A stretch of 64,000 nucleotides of DNA. It comes from a virus. The position numbers and the translations under genes were made by a program. Positions 27,107-37,659 of the stretch are shown here, piece by piece. The stretch lies in IMG/VR virus record IMGVR_UViG_3300031977_002889; one strand, written 5' to 3'. Every line of letters begins with the position of its first letter. Position 1 is the stretch's first letter. The notes beneath the pieces were generated by a model, which worked only from the letters and a program-made list of their open reading frames with translations, was not told where the DNA came from and searched no databases.

Positions 27107-27605
27107 TTTTTTCCTCTACTATCATCTGTAAACTTAGTTTGGGTATAGTTGTAAGATTTGCTGCGCCATGATTGTCTTGAGATAAAATAAATGCATCTCC
27201 TCTTTCATAATCTTTTATAAGATTTCCTTGTTCAATAAAAACATGGCCTGGAATATAATCGCCTAATGCTACCCATAAACGCAATTGATTTTCTTCTACT
27301 GGAAGATCTTTATGCATACCAAGTACACAGGCAGGCATAACTCTACTCAACCACCATCCAACGGTTTTATAACCCTCAATTGTGGGCCATTCTAATTCTT
27401 TAGATTGATTCCAACCAAAATATAGTTCCCACTGTAAACCTTTTTTGTTATTACTATCTATAGAGCCTTGCTTCCAATTTCTAAAATATTCTTGTAAATT
27501 TTTTTTACCATAATCATTCCATGGCCTCGATTCAAACTCTAATTTATTTAAATATTCATCAGTCCAATGAAGTGGAATAGAAACTTTATTTTTTAGTTTG
27601 TGCAT
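27096..27605 (-). CDS. Fe(II)/2OG oxygenase-like (AspH-type cupin)
   Basis: HKD...HGAAN...K.SLQ. Confidence 0.6.
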   Translation of the reverse strand: MHKLKNKVSIPLHWTDEYLNKLEFESRPWNDYGKKNLQEYFRNWKQGSIDSNNKKGLQWELYFGWNQSKELEWPTIEGYKTVGWWLSRVMPACVLGMHKDLPVEENQLRLWVALGDYIPGHVFIEQGNLIKDYERGDAFILSQDNHGAANLTTIPKLSLQMIVEEKNVK

Positions 27606-28588
27606 TTATCTACTATAGTTTTAAAATAACTCATATTTGGAATAGAGTAATCTATATCCCAAAATTCTTTTGGTACGTTATCTTTATTTTTAATAAGATC
27701 TATAAAATGATATTTATTGTATTCTAATTTATTTTTTATTCTATGTAAAAGGTTATTATAGTTTTCACCTTTTAGATTGATGAGGTTTTCAGTAATACCC
27801 TTTACTCTTGTTTCAGTACTATCTTTATTATCAAATTCGTAATTAAATAATTCGTCATATAATTCAAAACCCAATTCTTTTAATTTCATATGAGAATTTT
27901 TTGTAGCAAGACCTAAGAAAGGCCTACAGTGTAAAAGTGCTTGTGCAAATTTATTTCCCATATACATTGTGTCATCAACTATAGCTTCTGGTAAAATATG
28001 CACAAATCCCCTTTCATAGTAATTTCCTTGTACAATAAACCCTTCATTACCATAAGGTAAATCACTTGTATAAATATCGTCTAAAGTTCTTTGTTGATTA
28101 TCAAAATATTTAAATGGATATGGCTTATAAGGTAAATGATTGTCACTTACTTCCATATTGTGCCAGCTTAAATATCCATCATCTATCAAATTATTTTTTG
28201 CAAATTCATCAAGTAACATACCTCGCCAATATTTAGATTTTCTATTTAAGCAAGTATATAACTTATCAATCGGAGGATTATATGTTTTTTCATACTTTGT
28301 AAAATTGTCGTACGCATATAGCCATGTCCACATTGACCAATTGATTACACATTCCGGATTGTTATCATTAAAATTACCAAGCCATATTTCCAAATTACAC
28401 ATATTTTTTATTTTATCAAATGCTTGACTATCTTCAATAATACGATTATATTCACTTGGATGAAACCACACTACCTTTTCATATTTAGCTCCATCACCAA
28501 AAAAATGGTTTATAAACTTATCCGAATATAAATCCCAATATTTAAATTCTTCTTGCGGCAAAAACCAAGGCGTAATATATTTTATCAT
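27593..28588 (-). CDS. Glycosyltransferase-like protein
   Basis: CLNRK..WR; C-terminal RPFL..LKELGFELY..F.Y.FD. Confidence 0.45.
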   Translation of the reverse strand: MIKYITPWFLPQEEFKYWDLYSDKFINHFFGDGAKYEKVVWFHPSEYNRIIEDSQAFDKIKNMCNLEIWLGNFNDNNPECVINWSMWTWLYAYDNFTKYEKTYNPPIDKLYTCLNRKSKYWRGMLLDEFAKNNLIDDGYLSWHNMEVSDNHLPYKPYPFKYFDNQQRTLDDIYTSDLPYGNEGFIVQGNYYERGFVHILPEAIVDDTMYMGNKFAQALLHCRPFLGLATKNSHMKLKELGFELYDELFNYEFDNKDSTETRVKGITENLINLKGENYNNLLHRIKNKLEYNKYHFIDLIKNKDNVPKEFWDIDYSIPNMSYFKTIVDKCTN

Positions 28589-29307
28589 TCAACATCTCGT
28601 GTAATCATATCTTCACCAGTTTTCATTTTTTTATTATAGATATTATCTTCTTCGATTACTAACTTTTTTAATTGTTCAAAAATATCCTTTCTTGTATATG
28701 TAATGCTCAAAGCTCTTCGCAATGTATTTGACATATTAGGCATACTACTATGTAAACAACGGGTATTAAACAAAATCAAATCTCCAATATTGCATTCGAC
28801 TTGTTCATAATTATCTAAAAATAAATCCTGATATCTTCCTTCGATAGCATTCCAATGATCGATAAAATAATTTTGGCTATGTGGTAAAAATGCTGTTGCA
28901 CCAGTCTGGCTATCAAACTTTTCTAAAGGTATAAAAACATGAATACCAAGAAGATCTTTAGTCTTATTGAATTTATTAAATCTATTAGGAGTGTCGAGAT
29001 GCGGATTAATAAGATCCCAACCAGGTTTTTGACACACAAAACATCCTTTACCATATGATTTGAAATTCGTAGGAATATATTTTTCAACGCATCCTTTTAT
29101 TTCTTCGCTTAATTGTAAAGATATCTCATCAGTAGTATATTGCAGATAATTGTCTTTTTGTGGCATGCCTGTAATATAATTTTTTTCATAGTCAAAACCA
29201 TGATGAGCATTAACAATTGTTTCTTCTCTTCGTAAATTTTTAATCAGTTTACTAGAAATTACATTTGGTATAATACAAAAACCTTTATTTAAAAATTCTT
29301 CTAACAT
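28585..29307 (-). CDS. Phytanoyl-CoA dioxygenase (PhyH) family Fe/2OG enzyme
   Basis: PHLDTP, GATAFLPHS, GDLILFN..LHSSMPN.S...RR. Confidence 0.85.
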   Translation of the reverse strand: MLEEFLNKGFCIIPNVISSKLIKNLRREETIVNAHHGFDYEKNYITGMPQKDNYLQYTTDEISLQLSEEIKGCVEKYIPTNFKSYGKGCFVCQKPGWDLINPHLDTPNRFNKFNKTKDLLGIHVFIPLEKFDSQTGATAFLPHSQNYFIDHWNAIEGRYQDLFLDNYEQVECNIGDLILFNTRCLHSSMPNMSNTLRRALSITYTRKDIFEQLKKLVIEEDNIYNKKMKTGEDMITRDVE

Positions 29308-30686
29308 CTAAAATAATCTCTTATCATTTCTTTATCAATTTTTATGCCACGAAAAAAATTATATTTGTTTATACGTTTACTTTGGTCAATTTGCAATCTT
29401 GAATTTATTTGATTTATATGCTCCTTTAATTGATTTATTTTCATTTCGTTTGTATCGCTCCAAAGTGCCAGATAAAGTTTATTATAAATCGTATCTGTAA
29501 TTATCTCACCATCAATATCAAACATAGCTGGAATATTACTTAATTCCTGTAGATTTAATTCTACTTGATTTATTTTTACAATATCATATCTACCTTTATG
29601 AATAAAAATATTATTTCGCTGTATTTCAAAAATATCATTCATCTCGATAATAGTATTATAAACTGGCATATGTACATTAAGTTTTTCTTTTTGTACATCG
29701 AACTTATAAAAATTATCTATTTGTACAAACTCTCGAGAATCAAAAGATTTATTTCTTTTCAATTGAGATAAAAATAATGGTCCACTTGTTTCATTACATC
29801 CGAATATGCTTTCAAATTTTTGAATACCTAAGTCGAAGAAATCATTCCATTCTGGATTGATATAGCTTAAAGTAAACATATTTAAATTATTGAAATTTCT
29901 TTTATTTTGTTTTGCAACTTTAAGGAATATATCTATGTCAACACTAAAAGGAAAACTTATATTTTCAATTTTATATTGTTCTGCTATTTTTGCAACTTGA
30001 TTTAATTCATATTCTGTTTGTTTATCATAACCAAAACAAGTATGGAAACTTACATCATCACTTGCTAACACTGGTAAAAAGAAAACAGCTAAACTACTTC
30101 CGTGATGTAGATTTCTAATATGTAATACACTACCACTATATAGTTTTTTATTTCTCTGTACGAGTTCGTACATAAAATTATGTTTATGTTTTACTATCTT
30201 TGGTGTTCCAGTTGTACCACTCGAGGTACAAAAAAGCATATAATCTTCCGGATCTGGTCTTATAGCATTAATATTGTCATCAATGTTGATATCACAGTTT
30301 CTCAAACATTTTACATCATAAATATTTTTACTGCGCTTAGAATAATATTTGAGTTTATCAACGTTACGTTCATCTAATTTATGTAGAAATATATCTATGT
30401 TACCATAGACATCGTTCTTAAAATCTTTTATGCCAAGTTCATCTGCTCTGCTCGAATAGTCTAAAACCACAAATAACAAACCAAGCTCTAAGCTTGCAAA
30501 TGTAATAGCGAAATAATCAAAATCTATTCGTGTAATACCAAGGGCAATAGTCTGACCCTTTCTAGCTTTACATTTATTGACTAATATATTTTTCCAATAA
30601 TCAATTCGTACGAATAAATCATCGCGTCGTAAATCACCTCCTTTATAGAGGAAATTTTTGCTTACAATGTTTCTATCGAGTATCAT
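29301..30686 (-). CDS. AMP-binding (acyl/aminoacyl-adenylate-forming) enzyme
   Basis: TSSGTTGTPK P-loop, FGCNETSG, D and GRYD motifs. Confidence 0.85.
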   Translation of the reverse strand: MILDRNIVSKNFLYKGGDLRRDDLFVRIDYWKNILVNKCKARKGQTIALGITRIDFDYFAITFASLELGLLFVVLDYSSRADELGIKDFKNDVYGNIDIFLHKLDERNVDKLKYYSKRSKNIYDVKCLRNCDINIDDNINAIRPDPEDYMLFCTSSGTTGTPKIVKHKHNFMYELVQRNKKLYSGSVLHIRNLHHGSSLAVFFLPVLASDDVSFHTCFGYDKQTEYELNQVAKIAEQYKIENISFPFSVDIDIFLKVAKQNKRNFNNLNMFTLSYINPEWNDFFDLGIQKFESIFGCNETSGPLFLSQLKRNKSFDSREFVQIDNFYKFDVQKEKLNVHMPVYNTIIEMNDIFEIQRNNIFIHKGRYDIVKINQVELNLQELSNIPAMFDIDGEIITDTIYNKLYLALWSDTNEMKINQLKEHINQINSRLQIDQSKRINKYNFFRGIKIDKEMIRDYFRC

Positions 30687-31327
30687 AGAAATATCTTATA
30701 ATTATCACAGTATTCGTTGTAACCTGACCACGTACCTAAATCTACGTATTCTTTATTATAAGAATAATTTATATCAATTGAATTTAGATATTCTCCCATT
30801 TCTTTTCCAACATAATCTTTAGGCATATCTTCTATTACGAGTTTAGCAGCACCCCAAAATTTATTCTGATTAGATGAAGTTTTTTTACTCTTAATGTCAA
30901 ATTTATTTTGAGATATCCTATCTACTTTTAAATTATCATTAGAAGTTTCAAAAATACAGGCTACGTGACCTTCGATATTAAGTGCTTCTATAAAAGGATT
31001 TCCTATGTAGACTGTATCTGGTAAACCGTATAATAAAATTCCACTATGAATCCATCTACGAAAATCATTTAATACAAATGGATTCATATTATTTTGACAT
31101 ATATGGGAATACCCTATAAAGTGTCTTAAAATATCGGGTTTATAATTTTTGCCATGAATAAAAAAGATATCATCACACTGAGCTTCTTTCATTTTATCAA
31201 CCGTATGTTCAATAACTGGTTTATAAAAATCATAGCCGAGTAAAGGTAACATTTCTTTACTAAATGGTAAATTTAATCGAGTTCCGTTTCCTCCTACAGG
31301 AATGCAACCATATATTTTATTTTTCAT
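30683..31327 (-). CDS. Sugar-phosphate nucleotidyltransferase (RmlA/GT-A-like)
   Basis: GGNGTRL..PFSKEMLP, LPD, DLGT. Confidence 0.8.
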   Translation of the reverse strand: MKNKIYGCIPVGGNGTRLNLPFSKEMLPLLGYDFYKPVIEHTVDKMKEAQCDDIFFIHGKNYKPDILRHFIGYSHICQNNMNPFVLNDFRRWIHSGILLYGLPDTVYIGNPFIEALNIEGHVACIFETSNDNLKVDRISQNKFDIKSKKTSSNQNKFWGAAKLVIEDMPKDYVGKEMGEYLNSIDINYSYNKEYVDLGTWSGYNEYCDNYKIFL

Positions 31328-32031
31328 ATTAATTTTATTTGCGAACAGTTATCGTTTTCTAAAATATATTTAATAGCTAAACACACATCATAATCATTTG
31401 CTTTATTATAATATATTTTTTTATCTCCAACTGATATTCCACCTTCAATATAGTTAATTTCTAATCCGTCTCCACTTGGATTAAAATAATCATCAATACA
31501 TTTATTATTAGTATTATTTTTAATCGGATAAACTTGAATCCAAGGTAAAGCTAACGTTCCTTCATCATTGAGTTGTTTCATTTCATTATAGCTTTTATCA
31601 AAATGAAACAACAAATTAAATCTGCCTTCATCAGTATGATTGATTCCATTATGAATAGTTTTAGCATTTGTAATTACTGGTCCATCATAATAATAATCAA
31701 TTTCTATATCATTTTTTTTAAATCTAATTAAATGTTCTTTATCATCTATTGGAAGTATAAGCGTGCAGCCTCTAGTGTAATCGCTATGATATCCAGTTTC
31801 AGCACCTGGTGGAACGTAACTAAAACTATAAGTTGAGCTTTCTTTTAAAAATGCTTTTATTCTCCAGGCTTCTAAATTGATCGGAAACAAAATATCTTTA
31901 AACTCAGAAAAATATTTACCACCCTTTATACTATAACTAGGCCATGTTTCAATAGATGACACATAGTCGTTTAACAATTTTTTATTGTATTTAATCTTTA
32001 CTGGACTAATGTAATCGTCAGTATTAATCAT
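31324..32031 (-). CDS. Fe(II)/2OG oxygenase-like protein
   Basis: YHSD...IHNGIN...RFNL. Confidence 0.6.
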   Translation of the reverse strand: MINTDDYISPVKIKYNKKLLNDYVSSIETWPSYSIKGGKYFSEFKDILFPINLEAWRIKAFLKESSTYSFSYVPPGAETGYHSDYTRGCTLILPIDDKEHLIRFKKNDIEIDYYYDGPVITNAKTIHNGINHTDEGRFNLLFHFDKSYNEMKQLNDEGTLALPWIQVYPIKNNTNNKCIDDYFNPSGDGLEINYIEGGISVGDKKIYYNKANDYDVCLAIKYILENDNCSQIKLI

Positions 32032-32596
32032 ATCTATTTGCCGTTATAGTAATTTCTTCAATGCACATTTTTGATTCTGTAATGTATTTAATACATTCTG
32101 CTACTTCTTCTACTGTTAATTTCTTTTCTTCTGGGTGTAATCTATCAACATAAGGAGTATGCATATGACCAACACTAATATATGTGCATAAAATTCCTGG
32201 ACTTACATTTGTTCTATTGTGATTAATAGTTTGACAAATATTTTCTAATGCTACCTTTTCGGCTCTATAACTTACGTATTTAATCCACGGCTGTTCAGTA
32301 TTAATGTGATCAGTAATACTTCCAATTCCAATTAAATGACCAGTTTTTCCAGCCTCAAGCCAAGAAACATATATTTTATGCATCATTCTTGCTTGCACAT
32401 ATGCTAAATTACCAACTAAGGTGTGAGCATTTAATATAACGCCGTCATACTGATGAGTAAGTTCTACAAATTTATTTTGAATTTCCTCATCATTTATATC
32501 CCATCCATTACTTCTACTATAAAAATCACTATCTAGAACTTTTGCTATTCCAGACGCTAATCCAGTTTCTGGATTACCTGTTGTTATAAACTGCAT
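32024..32596 (-). CDS. Short-chain dehydrogenase/reductase
   Basis: ITTG...GLASG, ILNA, IGS, YRAEK (YxxxK). Confidence 0.75.
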   Translation of the reverse strand: MQFITTGNPETGLASGIAKVLDSDFYSRSNGWDINDEEIQNKFVELTHQYDGVILNAHTLVGNLAYVQARMMHKIYVSWLEAGKTGHLIGIGSITDHINTEQPWIKYVSYRAEKVALENICQTINHNRTNVSPGILCTYISVGHMHTPYVDRLHPEEKKLTVEEVAECIKYITESKMCIEEITITANRYD

Positions 32597-33215
32597 AAAC
32601 TGCTTCCTTATTCGCTGTTATCATTTCACGGTATTTGCGAAACTCTTCATTTTCTTGGGGTGTTGTATCTACTACATCGTCAGCATCAATAAAAAGTATA
32701 TTTACTCTTGGAGCGGCAGTGCCATTTGTAGTGCTATGCAACACATGAGTATTAATCCAATATGCTTTGCCTGGTTTCAGGCTAAAAACAATTTCATCTT
32801 TTGGAAAAACAAAATAATCCAATGGTGGTATTGTGAAAACTGGTATTTGATATCTATCTTTAAAATTGTCACAGTGCGTAGGATAACAGTCACCTTCAGC
32901 TAATAACATAATTCGAACAGCTGCTGGATTAGGATGAATTTTATTTACACATTCTTTTATATATGGAATTTCTAATTCTGGATTCCAATGCCATTTTGTG
33001 CCTTTGCGATTATCTTCTTCAACTATATCGCCGTTTGGATTATACCCAATACGGCCATGAGAAATCCAATCTTCGGGGTTTTTTGTATTATATTGTAACC
33101 ACCACCATTTCTGCCGGCCTCCTAAACTTGGATTGTCACGTATTACTTTAAGAACTTCTTGTTTAAGCAAATCTACATCAAAATTAAAATTATATTCTTT
33201 ATAGAGATGATCCAT
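32574..33215 (-). CDS. Aspartyl/asparaginyl beta-hydroxylase-like oxygenase
   Basis: RIMLL, HCD, RYQIP, HSTTN...RVNI. Confidence 0.75.
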   Translation of the reverse strand: MDHLYKEYNFNFDVDLLKQEVLKVIRDNPSLGGRQKWWWLQYNTKNPEDWISHGRIGYNPNGDIVEEDNRKGTKWHWNPELEIPYIKECVNKIHPNPAAVRIMLLAEGDCYPTHCDNFKDRYQIPVFTIPPLDYFVFPKDEIVFSLKPGKAYWINTHVLHSTTNGTAAPRVNILFIDADDVVDTTPQENEEFRKYREMITANKEAVYAVYNNR

Positions 33216-33900
33216 TGAATTCCTCTGGTTTCATAAATGGTTTTAAATATTTATTCTCTTTTCCATGGGCGTAATCTAAAGCTGGATGCCTGTGTGGCAT
33301 TACAGGATAATAATCAACTCGGCTGCTATGTGCCACGTGTGTCCATCCTCCTTCTCTTCCAATACAATATTTACTTGTTGAAATTAATTTACAATTTTCT
33401 TCAATACTCATATGGCTGCCTAATTCAATAGGATTATCAATATATTGAATTATTTCTTCACTTACATTTCTTGGTAAAGTATATGCATGTCCGTTATAAA
33501 TTTCTTCTGGTCCAGTGGTATAATAGCACACATGATCTTGAGGATTTCTTTTAAATCGCGTAGGATAATATTCATGTCTTAAAATACATGGAATAGTTTG
33601 AATCTCGTCTTCTGTATAATTTGGTGCTCTAAGATCTTTAAGATTCTCTTTCCAAGATTTCTGAGGATCTATTTCTAAATGTATTGTTGGTTTTTTATGA
33701 ACAATAAGCGGATACTGTGGTTCTTGAAAACATGTCAGTATTTCACACCATTTACTATAGTTCCTATCATTTAAACATAAATCTATATTTAATTCTTCTT
33801 TTTGATTTACTAATAGCCAACTTATATTTTGCCATAATCCACCGAGACCCATATAATCAAAATTAAAAAACATTACCCTTTGCATTTTTGAGCATACCAA
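33199..33900 (-). CDS. GT9-like glycosyltransferase C-terminal domain protein
   Basis: SIEEN..LI..SKYCIGREGGWTHVA resembles the IG.DSG..H.A motif. Confidence 0.5.
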   Translation of the reverse strand: MVCSKMQRVMFFNFDYMGLGGLWQNISWLLVNQKEELNIDLCLNDRNYSKWCEILTCFQEPQYPLIVHKKPTIHLEIDPQKSWKENLKDLRAPNYTEDEIQTIPCILRHEYYPTRFKRNPQDHVCYYTTGPEEIYNGHAYTLPRNVSEEIIQYIDNPIELGSHMSIEENCKLISTSKYCIGREGGWTHVAHSSRVDYYPVMPHRHPALDYAHGKENKYLKPFMKPEEFNGSSL

Positions 33901-34328
33901 CTTAAAGGAAGATTTAGAAATTTATAATCTTGACCAGTTACTTTACCTCTACAACTCGATGCTCCACAATTACAATTTGGAATAGGATCTTTTTTAGTCA
34001 ACATGAATGTTCCATAATCTACTGTTAAATATTCATCAGCTTCGATATCTCTTAGAGCTCTAAATACTACTTGTCCATCTATATAAACATTGGGTTCACA
34101 ACTATGATTAATATAAGCTTGATATTCTGCACCTTCAGGCAAATCAATTACTAAATCTTTGTCAATCAGTAATCCTTTATACCACTTATGATTCGATAAA
34201 TGTCGTGCTAATCCACCCACAACAAATATTATTTCATCTTTTTTTATTTTAGCCGTAGCTTTTCGACAAAGGCCATGAACATTATGCTCTTTAACGACCG
34301 TATCTTTATTGATATGAAAAAAATTCAT
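33873..34328 (-). CDS. SET domain methyltransferase with post-SET zinc site
   Basis: INHSCEPN, ALRDIEADEYLTVDY, CNCGASSCRG. Confidence 0.88.
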   Translation of the reverse strand: MNFFHINKDTVVKEHNVHGLCRKATAKIKKDEIIFVVGGLARHLSNHKWYKGLLIDKDLVIDLPEGAEYQAYINHSCEPNVYIDGQVVFRALRDIEADEYLTVDYGTFMLTKKDPIPNCNCGASSCRGKVTGQDYKFLNLPLSWYAQKCKG

Positions 34329-35064
34329 TAAACTTTGGATCCTCAAAATTTGCCATAACTAATGCGTGATATCTTGTTTTACCTTTTTTATTATTTACTG
34401 CATGATTGTGCTGTGTATTAATTATCCATGCCTCATTAAATTTATAATATTCAATGTGATGTTTATAATCCATATACACAATCATTGAGGTATCTTCGTT
34501 TGTGACTAGTGGTATATGCAAATAAGCATGCGTATATATTGGTTCATAGTAACAATGACTATGCCAATTTATTCTTTCGCTATCATCTACTTTACTAATT
34601 AATACTCTGTCGCACATTTCCCATGTTACAAACTTTTCGATTACAGATCTGATATATGGTAATTTTAAAGTGGTATCAACCATATGTTCTGGTGGTACTC
34701 GACCATCTTTAATTAAATGAGATTTTCCTAATATCTCCATAAAATCCCAAGTTTCACCAAATCCAAAATCTGGATCTTCACACCAGTTTCTTAGAAATTT
34801 AGACGTCCAATAACTACTTGTTCCTTGGCCTCGTGTACCCTTTACGTCGTTATTATATCCGTTCCATTGACCATCAATAGAATTTAATTCTGTTAATATT
34901 TTATCTTGATCTAAATTTAATTTATCGGCTAATTTATAGTGAGGAACATGCAATAGTTGTTTTGCTATAGGATGAATAGCTCTATCGCTTGCACACCGAG
35001 GGTTGCAAGTCGAATCAAATGCAGGAGCATTTTCTACATCTTCAAGTCTCCAATGTAGATCCAT
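34306..35064 (-). CDS. Aspartyl/asparaginyl beta-hydroxylase-like oxygenase
   Basis: WHSH, LHIPLVTN, HAVNN...RYH. Confidence 0.7.
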   Translation of the reverse strand: MDLHWRLEDVENAPAFDSTCNPRCASDRAIHPIAKQLLHVPHYKLADKLNLDQDKILTELNSIDGQWNGYNNDVKGTRGQGTSSYWTSKFLRNWCEDPDFGFGETWDFMEILGKSHLIKDGRVPPEHMVDTTLKLPYIRSVIEKFVTWEMCDRVLISKVDDSERINWHSHCYYEPIYTHAYLHIPLVTNEDTSMIVYMDYKHHIEYYKFNEAWIINTQHNHAVNNKKGKTRYHALVMANFEDPKFNEFFSYQ

Positions 35065-35371
35065 ATGATTTTACCTCTTTTATATCGCTTTGCCATAAAT
35101 CATCAATAATACGTTTAATATGAGATCTTAAATCATTTAAAGGAGCTATTAAATAATCTCCATCATGAAAATTATTTCTTTTTTTCTCTTCTAAATTCCA
35201 TAGTTGCTCATTGATAGATTTAAGTATATTAAAAAAATATTGTATATCCTTGTATTCTTCTAAATTATATTGCAAAATTTCTTTATGAACATTTAATCCA
35301 TGATCCATTTTAATTTGAAGTATAGTTGCTCTATCAACATATTCTCCAATACCAATTTCAACTTTAGGCAT
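35042..35371 (-). CDS. DUF6165-like protein
   Basis: GEYVDRATILQIK, N.QLW.LE, NDLR, EVKSY. Confidence 0.65.
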   Translation of the reverse strand: MPKVEIGIGEYVDRATILQIKMDHGLNVHKEILQYNLEEYKDIQYFFNILKSINEQLWNLEEKKRNNFHDGDYLIAPLNDLRSHIKRIIDDLWQSDIKEVKSYGSTLET

Positions 35372-35843
35372 CTACACAACCTACTAAATGAATACGTGTT
35401 TCCCAACTTGCATTTACTGCAGTATGTCTTTGAACAGTATCAACCCAATAAACTGATCCATCTCCTTTTAATCGATGCAGATTATCTTCTAATATAAAAA
35501 AACAATTGTCATTTGTAGCTAAAGGAATATGAATCCTAGGAGTAAAATCTCGATGATAAGAATAACATGTTTTAGAATCTTGCACCATTATACGAGTTCT
35601 AAACATATTAAATTTTTCCATAATAGAATTAGTATATGGTATATTAAATAAAGGAATACGAAAAGCTTTTTCTTGATCTCTCGGATGTATATTTTGATCG
35701 TGTGTAAATTCAGCAACTGCGCCTGTGCCGTAATACGGATCTTGATCTTTTGATATTCCTTGTAAACAAAGAGTTCCTTCAGGCAATGTTTTCAACTCTT
35801 CTTGTATTGTTTCTATGTTTACTTTATCTAAAAATTTTATCAT
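35364..35843 (-). CDS. Aspartyl/asparaginyl beta-hydroxylase-like oxygenase
   Basis: CYSYHRD, RIHIPLATN, HTAVNAS..RIHLV. Confidence 0.8.
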   Translation of the reverse strand: MIKFLDKVNIETIQEELKTLPEGTLCLQGISKDQDPYYGTGAVAEFTHDQNIHPRDQEKAFRIPLFNIPYTNSIMEKFNMFRTRIMVQDSKTCYSYHRDFTPRIHIPLATNDNCFFILEDNLHRLKGDGSVYWVDTVQRHTAVNASWETRIHLVGCVDA

Positions 35844-36312
35844 TGTTAATCCTTAATACATATTGCATTCCACCATAATGTAATTGTTCATAAGTAATAT
35901 TCCAATTGTATTTACTCATTTTTTGAAACGCTTTAAATAAATTAGGACTTTCTTCTCTCGACACCCATATATTTTTATAGCCCATATCTAAACATTTTTC
36001 GGCCGATAAATCTAATGTTGTTGTTCCGCGTTTTAAATCAGCTTTCCATCCACCAAAATCATAATTTCTATCTCTCGTATGTCGTGACATAATTCTTATT
36101 GAACCATTGTATTCTGGTATTTCAACTGCAGCGCTATAATATACCATATTATCATAATTATCCCAACCCATTCTTGCAAACTTAGTATATTCAAATAAAG
36201 GATTTTTTAAATAATTATCTTCGTGTTTGTGGCCACGATTTTTTTCAAATAACTCATTTATATATGGAATATATTTTTCTATCTTATCCAGTTTCCAAAT
36301 CATCTGTTCCAT
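35824..36312 (-). CDS. Hypothetical protein, possible GNAT-like fold
   Basis: RIMSR...GYKNIWVSRE pattern. Confidence 0.4.
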   Translation of the reverse strand: MEQMIWKLDKIEKYIPYINELFEKNRGHKHEDNYLKNPLFEYTKFARMGWDNYDNMVYYSAAVEIPEYNGSIRIMSRHTRDRNYDFGGWKADLKRGTTTLDLSAEKCLDMGYKNIWVSREESPNLFKAFQKMSKYNWNITYEQLHYGGMQYVLRINNDKIFR

Positions 36313-36895
36313 CTAAGCTAAACATTAATGCAATTCGTGGTTTATTAGACATATTCATTACAGCATGTGGATATCCGATATTAAGAAAATACGCTTGACC
36401 GTTTTCTAAATTATAAGCTTCTAATTCACCATCGCGTCGAAATACATTGACCACATTTCTATCGCCATAAATTGGACAAATGCAACGAACAGCATATGAT
36501 ACATCATAATCAACATGAAATGGAATCGCTTTACCGGGTGCTAGCTTAGTAATTCGTATACGACTTGCTGGTGCTTTTAATTGAGTTACAATTTCTTCAA
36601 AATAACTGTTAGTATAATCTTCTGTTGGAATATTATAAAGATGTTCTTCTTTACGACGCAATCTTTCTTTAATGCTTGCCGTGTGTGGTAAAATTTCACT
36701 TGGAGTTGTTAAATTGATTTGTTCGAAGTTATCATACACCTGACCTACTAGTTCCATATGATTATCACACAGCATAGGATTAGCTGTACGAACATCAGTA
36801 AATTTTGTTGCCAATTTATCTGTAGCTTTTTGTAATTTATCTAAATCAATATTTAGATTAAAATTTTTAACTGTCGGTAAATTTTGTTTTCTCAT
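36284..36895 (-). CDS. Aspartyl/asparaginyl beta-hydroxylase-like oxygenase
   Basis: RIRITKLAPG, HVD, FLNIGYPHAVMN...RIAL. Confidence 0.8.
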   Translation of the reverse strand: MRKQNLPTVKNFNLNIDLDKLQKATDKLATKFTDVRTANPMLCDNHMELVGQVYDNFEQINLTTPSEILPHTASIKERLRRKEEHLYNIPTEDYTNSYFEEIVTQLKAPASRIRITKLAPGKAIPFHVDYDVSYAVRCICPIYGDRNVVNVFRRDGELEAYNLENGQAYFLNIGYPHAVMNMSNKPRIALMFSLDGTDDLETG

Positions 36896-37659
36896 AGTTT
36901 ATAAATTCCTGCTAGACAAATTCGCGCTTGTTTTCCTCTTTTAAACTTTTCATATTCATCATCTTCTGTTGTTGCTAACCAAACTGAATCACTTGGTTTA
37001 AAATCCATTTGTTTACAAATTTCTTTTTGCTGATCTTTTAATTTGTTCCAAATAAAATCAATATCAAAATTACTTATAATAGTTTCTGCTATATCATGTG
37101 CATAATAATTATAATATTTTGCTGAGTGTATTAAACTATCTAATTTTTTATCAGGCCTTTTGGTAAAATACCAACCAGTTCTTACGTTACGAATACCAAA
37201 TGGTTTCGATAAACTAAAGAAAATATGTTCAACATTTGAACCAATTTCTATTTTTTTTATCTTTGTACTTCCAACATATGCTAAATCTAAAGCTAAAGAA
37301 CCTGAATGTATTTTTGTAAAGTTTCCATCAATAGCACTAGGCCAACTTTGATATTTAATACACTCTTCGTACGGATTACCTTTTGGACTAATCCATTGAT
37401 AGTCGCCTTCATCCATATAGACAGATCTAGTTTCTTGGTGATACCACCAATCCAATCCTTGAGTAATTCCATTCATAGGATAAACATTGTAGTTAGTTAA
37501 ATCAATGATTGGTAATAACCATTCTTTAATATTAGTTTTATAAAGTTCTACGCTATCATAATCTGGATCAACAGTGTCAATAATTTGTTTAACTTCAGTT
37601 AATACTGGTGTTCTTATAGCTTTACTAAGATTTAATATGCTATCTTTTATGGTGGTCAT
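36892..37659 (-). CDS. PLP-dependent aminotransferase-like protein (fold type I)
   Basis: NGITQ, DLAY, FSLSKPFG..RTG. Confidence 0.7.
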   Translation of the reverse strand: MTTIKDSILNLSKAIRTPVLTEVKQIIDTVDPDYDSVELYKTNIKEWLLPIIDLTNYNVYPMNGITQGLDWWYHQETRSVYMDEGDYQWISPKGNPYEECIKYQSWPSAIDGNFTKIHSGSLALDLAYVGSTKIKKIEIGSNVEHIFFSLSKPFGIRNVRTGWYFTKRPDKKLDSLIHSAKYYNYYAHDIAETIISNFDIDFIWNKLKDQQKEICKQMDFKPSDSVWLATTEDDEYEKFKRGKQARICLAGIYKL

